Of a stretch of 64,000 nt of DNA, positions 49,969 to 62,338 are shown piece after piece. The notes under the pieces were generated by a model, which worked only from the letters and a program-made list of their open reading frames with translations, was not told where the DNA came from and ran no database searches. A program made the translations under genes and the position numbers. Position 1 is the first letter of the stretch; every line of letters begins with the position of its first letter. The DNA is from Neodothiora populina (lineage: Eukaryota). The DNA lies in the NCBI RefSeq assembly GCF_041146345.1, contig NW_027191417.1:868001-932000 (forward strand). Direction: 5' to 3'.

Positions 49969-50343
49969 ATGTCCGCCGCAAAGACCAAGGCCCAAGATAT
50001 CATCGACAGCAACGGAGTCGCCGTCTTCTCCAAGTCATACTGCCCTTACTGCAAGGCCACCAAGCAGCTGTTGTCCTCTCTCGATGCCAAGTACTACTCC
50101 ATCGAGCTTGACCAGATCGGTAAGAACAGTCACGCTCTTTGCCGTGCGCCTCGTCTGTCCATCGACTAACTGTTTCGCTTAGACGACGGTGCCGCCATCC
50201 AGGACGCTCTGCAAGAGATGACCGGCCAGCGCAGCGTCCCCAACATCTTCATCAGCAAGGAGCACCTGGGAGGCAACTCGGATCTCCAGGGTCTCAGCAA
50301 GGACTCTCTCAAGACCAAGCTGACCAAGGCGCATGCTCTGTAG
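49969..50343 (+). CDS. Dithiol glutaredoxin (CPYC), 2 exons
   Basis: Protein: MSAAKTKAQDIIDSNGVAVFSKSYCPYC...TGQRSVPNIFISKEHLGGNSDL. Intron 50120-50182. Possible longer mitochondrial isoform (see findings). Confidence 0.95.
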
Positions 50344-52148
50344 AGTGGTGCCGGATTTTCTGTACAAGAAGCTTATGACACCACTGAATGATCAAACCAT
50401 CCGTCGTTTTCCAAGCAATTGTGCATGTGTGACCTGATTACCAAGGCAGCGGATCGGTAGTTGTAACTACCTATCTATGCAATAGCGTAGCTGCCGGTGT
50501 GCGTACCCTACATTATCCCGCCAGCTGCAGGGTCAAGTCGAGGTCGAGGATACACAATTTTGTCATACATCTGCCTACCATGACCTGCACTTACGAAAGA
50601 AAGTTGCGACAAAAAGGTGAATGCCGTTTGGGTTGATAGCGATGCTCTGCATACAAGAAGAATGTACAATTTCAGGCAATCCCTTAGGCTGAGACTAAGA
50701 CTCTTGGTGGCATTACGTATCATGTCATGCTAATTTCCCCGTACACCGAGTTTCTACGCAGACAGCGAGCAGCGTTTGGTGTGCAAAGAGCGGTGCGTCA
50801 AGCATGAAGGGTCACCACTTGATGCCGTCCGAGTACCTTGTACTTTGCCTTACCGTTGGATAGGTGTCTTGTTCCGCAACGAGCCTGCACCTGTGAGTGG
50901 TGCCTTGGCCGATCCATCAAGCAGCCCTACCACGCGCTCGCAACACATCAAGGCATGCTAAATCTCCGCAAGCGAACTCGTGGTCACGTTGGGTACTGTA
51001 TACACGGTTAGATTCCGATTGGAGAAGCATGTGATATAGTACCCGTGGTCTTGCTCTTGCAAGGCACAGCGTCCTGTACCTCTTCGTATTCTCACACGAT
51101 CCATACCATACAAAAGGAGGGTCACAGTGGATGCAAATGCGCAAGCTGACGTTGCTGACATACGCGTGTACTTGGCTAGACTCGTTTCATGACCCGAGCG
51201 GGATTACCTCCTACTGTGTACCTTAGCCGTGCCTGAGCAGGCATGAATGATAATGCTCGCCAGTTCCAATGGAGAATAAGAAACCATGTCGATGAAATCA
51301 TGGCTGCTGCCTTTTCTTCGCCCTATTTTTCCATAATTGATCTTCTGTTATATCCTCCGAGCGACTCGATGCTTTCTCTACTGCATTTGCTTTGAGTCGA
51401 TCTTTCCGTGCAAACAACAAACGCCGACCCCCAAGGCGGACAATCTTTCTCTCTCAAGGACCCCGCCTCGCCCGCGTTGTTACATCACGAGACTCGAAAG
51501 CACGTGGCTCTTGGTCCTTGACAGCCTCGAGTGTGTGTGGTGTCTGTTGCCCCTATCGTCCAATACCTTTTACGCTACGGCAAGTCATTGTGCGATACTG
51601 TGAGGAAGTGGAGTCACGGTGCTCGTCGGTACCGATTCTACCATTGCACAGAGTGTGAGCAGCCTGACTCGCCGCACCAGCCACTGTCTTCTCCCATCAG
51701 CTTGCACGTTGTCTTCGAGCCTCTCGGGGACCAATCCGGACACCGAGCTGGTACGAAACGGCAAATCGTAACAATTGACGTCCCGCCAACCTGGAAGCTG
51801 CCTGTCCTCTTTGTCCTCCAGTGCTCTGCGTATTGTGAAGAGGGTGTAGGGAACTATCGGGCACTCGGTCCGGTAGATGTGAGTGAGCAGTGATTGTAAG
51901 ACGCTGCGGCGGGAGCCAGACACCACCTGAGCATTCGCTGCTCTCTACCTGAATCTTGGTGCAATCACCAATACATTAAGTCACGTCGGCGGCTGCGTTT
52001 GGCGCCTTCCACACCTATCAGCGCTTAACCGTCACCTACCTTGGGCCAAACTTCCCTGGAACATTCATCTACTACATCACTCGACAGCTCATACTCCTTT
52101 CCTCTTTTTCGAGGTCATCACTGAGCGAGCCTCTTGCCCTCGTACACA

Positions 52149-52152
<4 letters not shown>

Positions 52153-52186
<34 letters not shown>
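52153..52186. repeat. (CT)n microsatellite upstream of the MAPKK gene
   Basis: Read directly from the sequence; pyrimidine tract typical of fungal core promoters/5' UTRs. Confidence 0.85.
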
Positions 52187-52187
<1 letters not shown>

Positions 52188-52399
52188 TATTACCTGCCTC
52201 GACGTTCCAGCACTTTCCCGTCGATCGCAACTCATCTACTTGACCTCTCAATCGACGCCCTCGTCATACTCGGTATCAGGTACTCGGTCTAAAACGCCTC
52301 GTCACTGTCCTCTCCCCTGCTTCGTCCGACTTCCACAATTCGACTCCCATACAGAAAGTCTCCGAGCTGCGTCAACGTTCCTCCCTTTCGTCCTCACAA

Positions 52400-54092
52400 A
52401 TGCCCCCTGCGGCAGACGAACGGGAGGCACCGTCAACTCCTCCGCCTACCATCTCGTCCCCTCTCCGACCCCCGCCAGAATCTTTCGAGATGTCTTCTCC
52501 TGCACCCATTCTCCGACCTCCTATTCCAGGCAGCAGGAATCAAGGAGGCTCGAGGACACCGAAGCTAGGCTTGGCCATACCTCCTTCACCACACGTCCGG
52601 CCCGTCAACCCTCCCGCCTCGTCGCATGCCGTCCCACCCCTTCAGATACCCCGGAACCCTCCTCCGAAGCTGAGTCTAGCCACACCCATGGGCAGCCACA
52701 GCACCCCGCAGGAAACAAAGGGAACTGCAAGAGTAAAATTACCGCCCTTGCAAGTACATGGACTCCAACCGGGCAGTGGTGGCATCGTCATTGGTAGCAA
52801 CGGGGGAGGTGGTAGTAGCGATGACAGCGCACATTCAAGATCCAACAGCTTTGGTACCAACAATGCGAATTACTCCACCTCGACGAACTCCTCCGTCTCT
52901 GCCCTTAATTTCGCGGAGATGTTGAGAAACCCGAATAACTCACAAGATCCTCTTTCGGCATACTCGTCATCGTCCGCTGGCGGACTGAGTGGCGGCGGTG
53001 CCCTGGACGGCGACAGCAGAGACATGATATTACCAGACCTGGACAAATTGAGTTTGGAAAAGGGCCGACCGCTCGATGTCGAGGACCTAGACGATGCTGG
53101 CTGGAAGGCGGCAGCGAAAGAAGACAGGATCATCGAACTCGGCAGCTTGGGCGAAGGTGCTGGCGGTGCCGTCAACAGATGTAAATTGAGGGACGGCAAG
53201 ACCGTGTTTGCTCTCAAGATCATCACCACCGACCCCAACCCTGATGTCAAAAAGCAGATCGTTCGTGAATTGTCCTTCAACAAGAACTGCGCCTCGTCTC
53301 ACATATGCCGATATTATGGTGCCTTTGTCGACGACACCCACGGGACCATTGGCATCAGCATGGAGTATTGCGAGGGCGGATCGCTCGATTCTGTGTACCG
53401 CGAAGTGAAAAAGCTCGGCGGTCGCACTGGCGAGAAAGTTTTAGGAAAGGTTGCTGAAGGCGTGCTCAACGGCCTGACCTACTTGCACAGCCATCGCATC
53501 ATCCATCGTGATATCAAGCCAAGCAATATCCTACTTACCAAGTCAGGCGAAGTCAAGCTGTGTGACTTTGGTGTATCAGGCGAATTCGGCACAAAAGGCG
53601 ACGCCAACACTTTTATCGGCACATCCTACTACATGGCCCCCGAAAGAATAACTGGTCAAAGCTACACTATTACGAGTGATGTCTGGAGTTTGGGTGTGAC
53701 CTTGCTCGAGGTCGCACAAAATCGCTTCCCGTTCCCTGCCGATGGAACGGAGATGGAGCCTCGCGCCGGCATCATAGATCTGCTTACATACATTGTCTCA
53801 CAACAGATACCGAAACTGCGCGACGAGGTCGGCCTGCCTAACGGACAAGACATACGATGGAGTGACAACTTCAAATACTTCATAGAATGCTGGTGAGTAA
53901 CTCGCGCTCCATTTGTCGGGAACAAAACATTTTCTTGTTGATACAGTTTGACTAACCTTTGACAGTCTCGAAAAGGAGCCGAACAGACGTGCGACCCCGT
54001 GGCGGATGCTGGAACATCCGTGGATGTTGGAGATGAAGGCCAAGCGTGTCAACATGGCACAATTCTTGAAGACAGTCTGGGACTGGGCCTAA
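52400..54092 (+). CDS. MKK2: Cell wall integrity MAP kinase kinase (Mkk1/Mkk2 type), 2 exons
   Basis: Motifs [48 protein letters not shown] and [12 protein letters not shown]. Intron 53893-53965; the protein ends FLKTVWDWA. Confidence 0.95.
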
Positions 54093-55115
54093 GTTTTCTC
54101 TCGAGTTTTGAGGAGGGAGATAGGCGACAACGTGCTGGGGGCGTAATGACACAAACAAATCACGAATGTTGGCAGACACACACAAACACAGAAATTTCAG
54201 ATGAGAGGAAGGAAAGGAATCACCTGAATCTGATGGTGTTGAAACAGAAGATGATGAAGAAGCTCGGCTATCCTGTCCGGGCTTCCACCCTTGTCACCCT
54301 TTTCCGCCCCTGCTAACCTTGCTATGGCTACCTATTCCACGCGAAGAGCATTCACCTGCGCCGTCAAGACATGAGTCTACCTCTACCGTTTAACCCCCTG
54401 GCATCGCCACCAATATTTTATTGCCTGGACATCCAGATTCACATAATGGGATGGTGTAACCTTAATCAGCCATTCTTACAATCACAAACATCTTTGCATC
54501 GGGAAAGGGGCGCAGCATTTTTTTCTCCTTTTGGCAAAGCACATTGTCACACATCTTGCAACGATATCTAGTGAGTAGTAGCAGTAGCGAGTAGTAGTGA
54601 GAGAAACAGCAGCCAAAAAGGAAAAACCTGATGAGTTGAGAGATATATTGCAATGAAGCGTATAATGTGGTCTGGGAACCTGGTTTTGAGATGCATGATC
54701 TAGAGATATTCTCGATTTATGCTTTCCCTTTCCCTCTCGATCCGTATATTGACGTGAGTCACCTTGAGTAGGTGCCAGAGTTCTATTTGAGATAAGGTGC
54801 CTGCCTGTCTGCCTACACATGCATCCGCACCTGCCTACGTGAGTACTGTATCCGGCTTTGACTGAAGGAAGGAGCGCCATATGTCCGGCCTTGTCTTTTT
54901 GTTCGCTTTTCTAATTTTGATGTTGATTTGTTTCCCCCGTTTATCCTATTTCGTGGAGAAATAAAAACATGATCTATTTCAGATTATCGTTTGGTGAGTA
55001 TGACAGAGCAATAGAAAGATAAGAGAGACAAAAGGTCGAGACCTAGGAGTACGCGCGGGTTGCGTGGAGTTGTAGAGCCGATCCTAGAAACAAAAAAGGG
55101 AGAAACGGAGACGGC

Positions 55116-56372
55116 TCAAGTCGAGTCCCACTCCTCATCCAACTGATCGATAAGTCTGTTCTCGTCGTCAGAATCACGTCTGGAAGAACGTCCTCCTGAT
55201 CGTCCTCCACTTCCTCCTGATCCCCCCATGGCGCCATTCAGTCTATTGTATCTTTTGTTGCCTGGCAGGCATCGTGCGCATGATGAGGTGGCAATGACAA
55301 ATATGTCCTGTTGGTAGGCATGTCAGTTCGGCGGGTCGCCAGAGGTAGGTAGCAAAAAAGGGAAGAGAATGGCTTACAGAGACGAATCGAGCAATACCGG
55401 CCCACAGAGCGTAATTGGGGAGCTGTCTCCAGCCTCGCTGGTGCATGACTGTGCGCTGGTAGACGCATCCTCCTACGATGTACACCAGAACAGCAATGAG
55501 CACGATGACGCCAAAAACGCCTCCGGGTCCCAGTTGTTGTTTTGCTGTCTCGACACCTCCACACGCGGCTGACGAGCGGGCTTCAAAGATGTAGGTGCAT
55601 GAGTCTGGAGAGGCCACAAAGGACAGAGTCATGAGTGGCGCCAGAGGCTCGCTGCTGCATAACAACGAAATGATGGTGTTTTTCCGACGGACGTGGGCGT
55701 CGACTGGCTTCTTCTTTTTCGTGTCTTTATCGTCATCGTCGTCGTCATCGTCGTCGTCGTGATGGGGTTTCTCTTTGTGTTTCCTGTCGTCGTCATCATC
55801 ATCGTCGTCGTCATCATCATCATCGTCGCCGAGAATGGCTCTCGTTGACATGTAGTCGCCAAGAGAGCGTGAATGCGCCGAGGGCGGTATTGTAGAAGGA
55901 CACGGCGATCCATCTGTGTAGTTCAACACGAGCTTGCGACCTCGAAAGACGGGCTCCGAGTTTTGCTGACTGTGAGAGGCATATCAGTACACGACCGCTT
56001 TGATGCAGAACAAAACACATACCCTATGCTGTATGTCTTGCCATCGTACTGGTAGTAGGCGCTGACGTTGCGCCAGAGCTTCTCGTCGACACCAACGACA
56101 TCCTTGACATCCTCGAGGACGGGACCGCAGAAGTTGAGGGTGAAGTTGGCGCCATAGTCCCAGCCGCGCGCGGTCCAAGACTCGTTGCGCGCATCTTTCT
56201 TGGTGGACAATTCAAGGTGGATTGGGTTGAGATCGAAGAAAGCGCCTGAAGTGGGAGAGCGGATGGTGCATGGTATGCGCGCGGGCTGCTTCTTGCTATC
56301 GTCTGACGATGACGAAGAACAAGCCACCAGTGCGGGCAGCGCAATGGCGAGGGAATAGTATAACAGTTGCAT
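55116..56372 (-). CDS. MRL1: Mannose-6-phosphate receptor-like protein, 3 exons
   Basis: Signal peptide; motifs CTIRSPTSGAFFDL, GANFTLNFCGPV, LNYTDGSPC and CTYIFEARSSAAC; TM segment; RGWRQLPNYALW; tail DENRLIDQLDEEWD. Introns 55970-56022 and 55308-55377. Contains a poly-Asp insertion. Confidence 0.9.
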
Positions 56373-57024
56373 TTCGTGGCAGACGGCGAAGGTGATGATC
56401 GATCAATCAGTCAAGTTCAACGCACCTACGCATGATCTGCTATTATACTACGATAAGTATCACGATGGAATACGGTAATTACTAGTGAAGAGGAATCGAC
56501 GGGATGGAACGGGCCTGACCATCAGGATCAGGCCCACTATATTATTGCCTTGCTACGTATTATTTAGCTACTTTACCCTTTGGTGCTATCTGCAATAAGG
56601 TAACCTGAGCCTTGCCCGCCTCGGACTTTGGCAATAGTCATGTCCGATCGACCCAAGACTCGAGCGGCGCGATGGATGCTCGTATAGCCAATAGCATGTG
56701 CACGAATAGATTTAGTAGTTATGCACCTTGGGCGGCATTTATTGTACTCTGTTTATATGGCATGTTACTTAGGATGGCAAGAGATAGAAACATCTCAAAC
56801 TTCATTGTGTTTGTGAAGAAGAATATACTGTTCCCTGTCCATTCCTGAATATGTATCTCGTCACCATGCAGGATTATGCTTTGCTACCGCAATTTCGAAA
56901 GTGGTCCGATAATTCTTGGACAAACCGCGTTTTATGGAAGCCCGTCTTGGTCTACTTTACTCGTTGGTCTATAACAACAGTACCGCGTGACTCTTCGCTT
57001 GCTCACATATAATCGCCGAAGGAC

Positions 57025-58683
57025 ATGTCTCCCTCGAGTAGAGAAAAGCATGGCTACGAGTTTGGCGGTCCAATTGGCGCGTCATTGATCTCGTTCGGCC
57101 TGCCCATTGGTTGTTATGCTTTCGCTTTCCTCTGCAATGATGTCTCCGGAGCTCCTCCGCCATCGCTCTTACATCCTTCGACCTTATCCCTCGATAAATT
57201 GATAGCTGAGACGGGATGGCCAGGCTTCTCCGGTCTATGTAGTGTCAGGGCCATCCTTGGAACTTTGGCCTATTATGCGTTCAGTCTTGTGCTCAATGTT
57301 GTCTTGCCTGCACGTGAAGTCGAGGGCGTTGAACTACAGAATGATCAAGGAAGACACAAGTACAATTTCAATGGTCCGAATCTGCTTTGATTTCCATGAG
57401 AATCGCATTACTGACTCTTGGGCAGCTTTCTCTTCTGCAGTGTTCACCTTGACAATCGCCGCGGCTGGCACTGCTCTTCAGGGGCCCAAGTTTCCACTTT
57501 GGCCCTTCATCCACGAGAACTACATTGGCATATTGACAGCCAACATTCTGATCTCTTATGCGCTGGCTACATATGTCTACGTTGCCTCGTTTTCTGTCAA
57601 GGCTAATGATCCAAACAAACGTCAATTGGCCGCAGGAGGTGTCACAGGGAACATCATCTACGACTGGTTCATCGGCCGCGAGCTCAATCCGAGAATATCG
57701 ATTCCTCTTTGCGGAGAAGTCGATATCAAGGCTTGGATGGAGCTTAGACCCGGCATGTTGGGCTGGATCTTGCTGAACCTGGCGTTCATCATGGGACAGT
57801 ATGGAACTTATGGCTATATCACTGACTCTATTCGTAAGACCACAGTCCTCGAAACCTTGCCTTCCGAGTTTTGACTGACCTGAGATCTCGACAGTCATTG
57901 TTACGTTCACACAAGCCTTTTACGTCCTCGATGCGCTCTGGAACGAGCCTGCCATACTGACCACTATGGACATTACTACTGATGGATTCGGGTTCATGCT
58001 GGCTTTCGGCGGTGAGTAGACCATGCGCGTTTGCCTGTTTTGACGTGTCCTTACTGATCGAACCTCCCAAACAGATCTTGTGTGGGTCCCCTTCATCTAC
58101 AGCATTCAGGGTCGCTACCTTTCTATCCATCCTGTCAAGCTTGGAACGGCCAGAAGCGTCTTCATCATGGCCGTCTACTTTGCCGGTTACTACATCTTCC
58201 GTGCCAGTAACAGCGAGAAGAACCGCTTCAGGACCAATCCCAATGATCCCAGTGTCAGGTGAGACAACTGTCGTTTTCACCATATCCTGACCCGCTTGCT
58301 GATCTTGTGTGAACAGCCATCTCAAGTATATTGAAACCAAGCGCGGCACTCGTCTTTTGATCTCCGGCTGGTGGGGTACAGCTCGCCACATCAACTACTT
58401 TGGCGACTGGCTCATGTCGTGGGCGTACTGTCTACCGACCTGGATGGCCGGCTACGCCATCCGCAGTTCCATCCTGACCGGCGAGAAGGTCGTCTCTCAA
58501 GGCCCCAACAACGAAATGGCTGGCGCGGCGATCCCGATCACTTATTTCTACATGTTGTACTTTGCCATTCTGCTCGTCCATCGCGAGAACAGGGACAGCG
58601 CAAACTGTGCCAGGAAGTACGGCAAGTCGTGGGACGAGTATTGCCGTATCGTCAAGTGGAAGATCGTGCCGGGCATCTATTAG
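57025..58683 (+). CDS. ERG24: Sterol C-14 reductase (ERG4/ERG24 family), 5 exons
   Basis: Motifs [52 protein letters not shown] and [19 protein letters not shown]. Introns 57374-57425, 57834-57894, 58012-58074 and 58259-58316. Confidence 0.94.
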
Positions 58684-59035
58684 GCCAGATCGCGAGAGAA
58701 ACACTTTGTGTGCTAGTCAGACACAAGTGCTTCTGAGACACGTCATGTCTGTTCTGGTCATGTACGATATGGAAAACACATCGGCGGTTCATGTTCAGTT
58801 ACTACCTGATTTCTAATCGTACAAAAAGTCGTCAATAATACGGCGCGTTCTTTTCTGCGGCCTTTTTTTTCCGTCATTCTCATTGCTCTTCAGCAAGAGT
58901 CATACTGTTGCATCATTTCATTTCGCACCACCCCCAGAAAAATGCCATTGACTTATCATCACCCCGAAGTCCTTCAAACATCCCAAACCCACCCGATTCT
59001 TCCCCCTATCCCCCAAGAAAGACCAGACCCCCCCT

Positions 59036-59899
59036 TCACTTCCCATTAACTCTCTTCCAAGCGCTGTCCTCCAGCTCAACAGCCTTCTGACCAGCCACAC
59101 TCGCGAACCCCTTGACCGCGCCCCAAACCCCTCCCACTCCCTCGTCTCCCCTCCCCAACCCATCATCACCCCCAATCAACGCACTAAAGCTATTCCGCCC
59201 TCTCCCTCCATCAACAGCCTCCTGCGCCTCGAGACTCGCGCGCTGAGCAGCGCTCATCTCCTGACTGAAAGGGTCTTGCACGTAGCCTGGCGGATGGCTC
59301 TGCGCGGGCTCGGCCGCCGAGTACTGTGATGTCGGGCGCGGCGCGACGGGGCCGAAGTTGTATGTCGTCGCTGTTGTCGGTGCAGCCGCTGAGGATGTGG
59401 TGGCGGTCGCGGTAGAAGTAGAGTGTGTAGGCGCGTAATTCGTCGCTGGGGGCGGAACATCCATTTGGGGCGGCAGGCTCGTGACGTGAGACGGCGCAGG
59501 AGGGGGAGGTGGACCCGCTGCTGCTGCTGCTATTGCAGCTGCTGCAGAAGTGCTTGTCATCGTCGCGACGCCGCCGCCATTGGGAGGTAGGGGTCGAGCG
59601 GCCGGCTGGGGCGCCGCGGGGCCATTGTTTTCTGCGACGGGAATCGTCCTCGTCGCGGTTGGATGTGGTCCTGGTGCTGCTGCAGGCCTCGCTGCGTAGC
59701 CTGTGGGAGCTGGACCTGCGGCTGTGGCGCCTGGTTGTGCGGCTGGGTAGGAGATCGGCTGCGTAGTGCCGTTTGTTACTGTTTGGCCTGCTAGAGCACT
59801 TCCTAGAGAGTTGTTGTTGGTGCCTGCTGTTTGGGGAGTCACGCCATTCGCTTTGGTGGGTGTGATGGGCGCGTCGGTGTAGATTGGTATGGGAGGCAT
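59036..59899 (-). CDS. Pro/Ala/Thr-rich hypothetical protein
   Basis: 287-aa ORF beginning MPPIPIYTDAPI, with SHPPGYVQDP and an amphipathic C-terminus (VWGAVKGFASVAGQKAVELEDSAWKRVNGK). Confidence 0.78.
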   Translation of the reverse strand: MPPIPIYTDAPITPTKANGVTPQTAGTNNNSLGSALAGQTVTNGTTQPISYPAAQPGATAAGPAPTGYAARPAAAPGPHPTATRTIPVAENNGPAAPQPAARPLPPNGGGVATMTSTSAAAAIAAAAAGPPPPPAPSHVTSLPPQMDVPPPATNYAPTHSTSTATATTSSAAAPTTATTYNFGPVAPRPTSQYSAAEPAQSHPPGYVQDPFSQEMSAAQRASLEAQEAVDGGRGRNSFSALIGGDDGLGRGDEGVGGVWGAVKGFASVAGQKAVELEDSAWKRVNGK

Positions 59900-60460
59900 G
59901 ATTGATGGTGGACTTTCGTCTTATGATGGCAATGACACTTTCAAGCAGACTTCCATATACAAGGTGAAGAAGGATCCAGAGATCGCACACATCTCCTCAT
60001 CTTTGTACCTACCCTTGTTGCTGCAAGGGGCGGGGTGACAACATTCCAACAGTGACGTAGGGACACCTTGAACCCTTATCAACCACCTTTGGCACGTGAC
60101 TCGATCTTGACAGCTGGAGACAAACCTGCGGAGGCCCCGGGGGCTGAAGGGGGAGGGGGGCAAAGCGCAGATTACCGACAGAAAACAATATACAATTCTG
60201 AGATCTGCTTCACACACAAATTGGACCGGAACGAGCATTGATGGAAAAGACAAATGTAAAAGAATTTATTGTGATACATGAGGAAAGACGTCGCCCGGTG
60301 GGTAATGTTACAACCCGGGCGCACACAAAACACCTTTCCCAACCCCCATTTCGGCCCCTAGCCAGATTGGCCAATTTATCATATGTCCGTCGTCCATCGT
60401 CAGACGGTACAGAGCTTGTGTGCTCCATTTTGAACTTGTCGGGTTGCTCGAGCGAGTAGT

Positions 60461-62027
60461 TTACTTGAACTTCTTGCCGAACATGAGGAGCTGGGCCTGG
60501 TCGTAGATGGACAGGACACCGGCACCGGCAACACCACGGAGGATGTTGGCACCAGCACCCTTGAAGAGAGAGCTGACACCCTCGGCGGCAACGATCTGGC
60601 GGAAAGCATCGAAGGAAGACTTGTACTTGACGGCCTCACCGGAGGTCATCATCATGCGACGACGGACAGTGTCAAGAGGGTAAGAAGCGATACCAGCACC
60701 GGTGGTGACGGTCCAACCGAGGAGGAAAGAGGCGAGGAAGTTGCCCTCAAGGTTACCGGTGAGGACGACAGGCTTGATCGAGTCGTACATACCGAAGTAG
60801 AGACCACGGTAGACGATGATACCAGCGACGGAAGGCATGAAACCACGGTAAAGACCAGCAATACCGTCGGAAGCGAGGGTCTTCTTGTAGACGTCCACGA
60901 GTCCGTTGAACTGACGCTCACCACCCTTCTTGGCGGACTTGGCGTCGTTGGCGAGACGAGTACGGGCGTAGTCGAGGGAGTAGACGAAGAGGAGGGAAGT
61001 GGCACCAGCAGCCTAGATATAGCAGATCAGTACAAATGTCAAATGGACAAGAAACAAAAACAAAAACTTACACCACCGGATGCAAGGTTACCCATCATCC
61101 ACTTGCCGTATCCATCACGCTCCTTCTTGTAGGCGAACATGGACTTGTAGGTGTCGCGGAAGGCAAAGTTGAGAGCCTGGGTAGGGAAGTAACGGATGAC
61201 GTTGGCAGTGTTACCTCTCCAGAGAGCGACAACACCCTCATCGGCGGTGGTACGCTTGAAGCACTCGATGATACCGTTGTACTTGCGGTCAAGACGGCCA
61301 GTCTTAAGCATCTCATCCTACATGGTTATCAGCTAATGTCCAATTTGTCAAGGGCGACGGGAAGACGAACCTGAGTCTGGATGAGGAGCTTGACACGCTC
61401 GATGGGGGCAGCAGCGGTCTTCGAGACGGCGGCGGAGACACCACCCACTGGGTTTCGTCAGTATTTGTGCAAGGTTTGGTTTTTTGTTGTTTGTTCAAGC
61501 AAGCGTCTTGATACGCGCAAAGTTCCGTTGAGCGGAAGTCGCTGAAAATAGGGAAAGCTTACTCAAGAAGTCGACAACGAAGCCTGTAAATCACATATAT
61601 TAGTACTGATATTCATATTATGTTGCTGTACACGACACATCAAACACGTAGGGTGGGTGTGATGACAGATAGAGCGTGCGAGTCCATTGCTTTTTGGACA
61701 CACGACACCATTGGAGGCGTGCCAGAGGAAAGCTGGTAGTGAAAACACAGTGACCCCCAGCCAGCGCAGTGTGTAGCGCTCGCTCTATCGCTTTCACCTC
61801 ACCCGCTCACCTGCCCTCAATCAAGTGGACAGGGCCGTGTGATGATGCGCGCGGGTTGTAAATATTTACCTGGCATGCCCATGAAGGACTTCTCGGCCTG
61901 TCGGAAGAGAATCAGTAAAAAGCACAAAATTGCGAAGAGAGCTCCAGATCAAGCATATCAAGCTCCATCTGGACGGCGATTGCGCCTGACGGATTAAACG
62001 TACCTGGTTAACCTCGCCCTTTGCCAT
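60461..62027 (-). CDS. AAC: Mitochondrial ADP/ATP carrier, 6 exons
   Basis: Protein: [46 protein letters not shown]...RRRMMM. Introns 61898-62003, 61584-61869, 61448-61562, 61318-61370 and 61013-61071. Confidence 0.98.
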
Positions 62028-62338
62028 TTTGTCTGAATGAAATGGGGTATTAAGGGAATAGAAGAGTGGAGAGTGTGTGTGATGGAGAGAACAGAGAGCA
62101 ACTGGTTGAAAAAGGAAGAATTTGAGTAGGGAGCGACTGCGCTTGGGATGGTCCGTGCCATTCAACCTAGCGGCCGACGGGATTATTCGGGGCTCTAGCT
62201 CCCGGTCGCTGCGTCTCGAACCCATACGTTGCTGTTTGTATTCCTAGCCGTGTGCTTCCAATCGTATTTCTTCCTTGTCGATATATCCTTCTTCGAACCA
62301 TAGCACTCTGGCCTCAGAACACGAACAGCCATTGGCGT

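Noticed and set aside
55730..55830. Poly-Asp/basic insertion in MRL1
   Set aside because: A low-complexity loop insertion that is real but, as I recall, ordinary for fungal members of this family.
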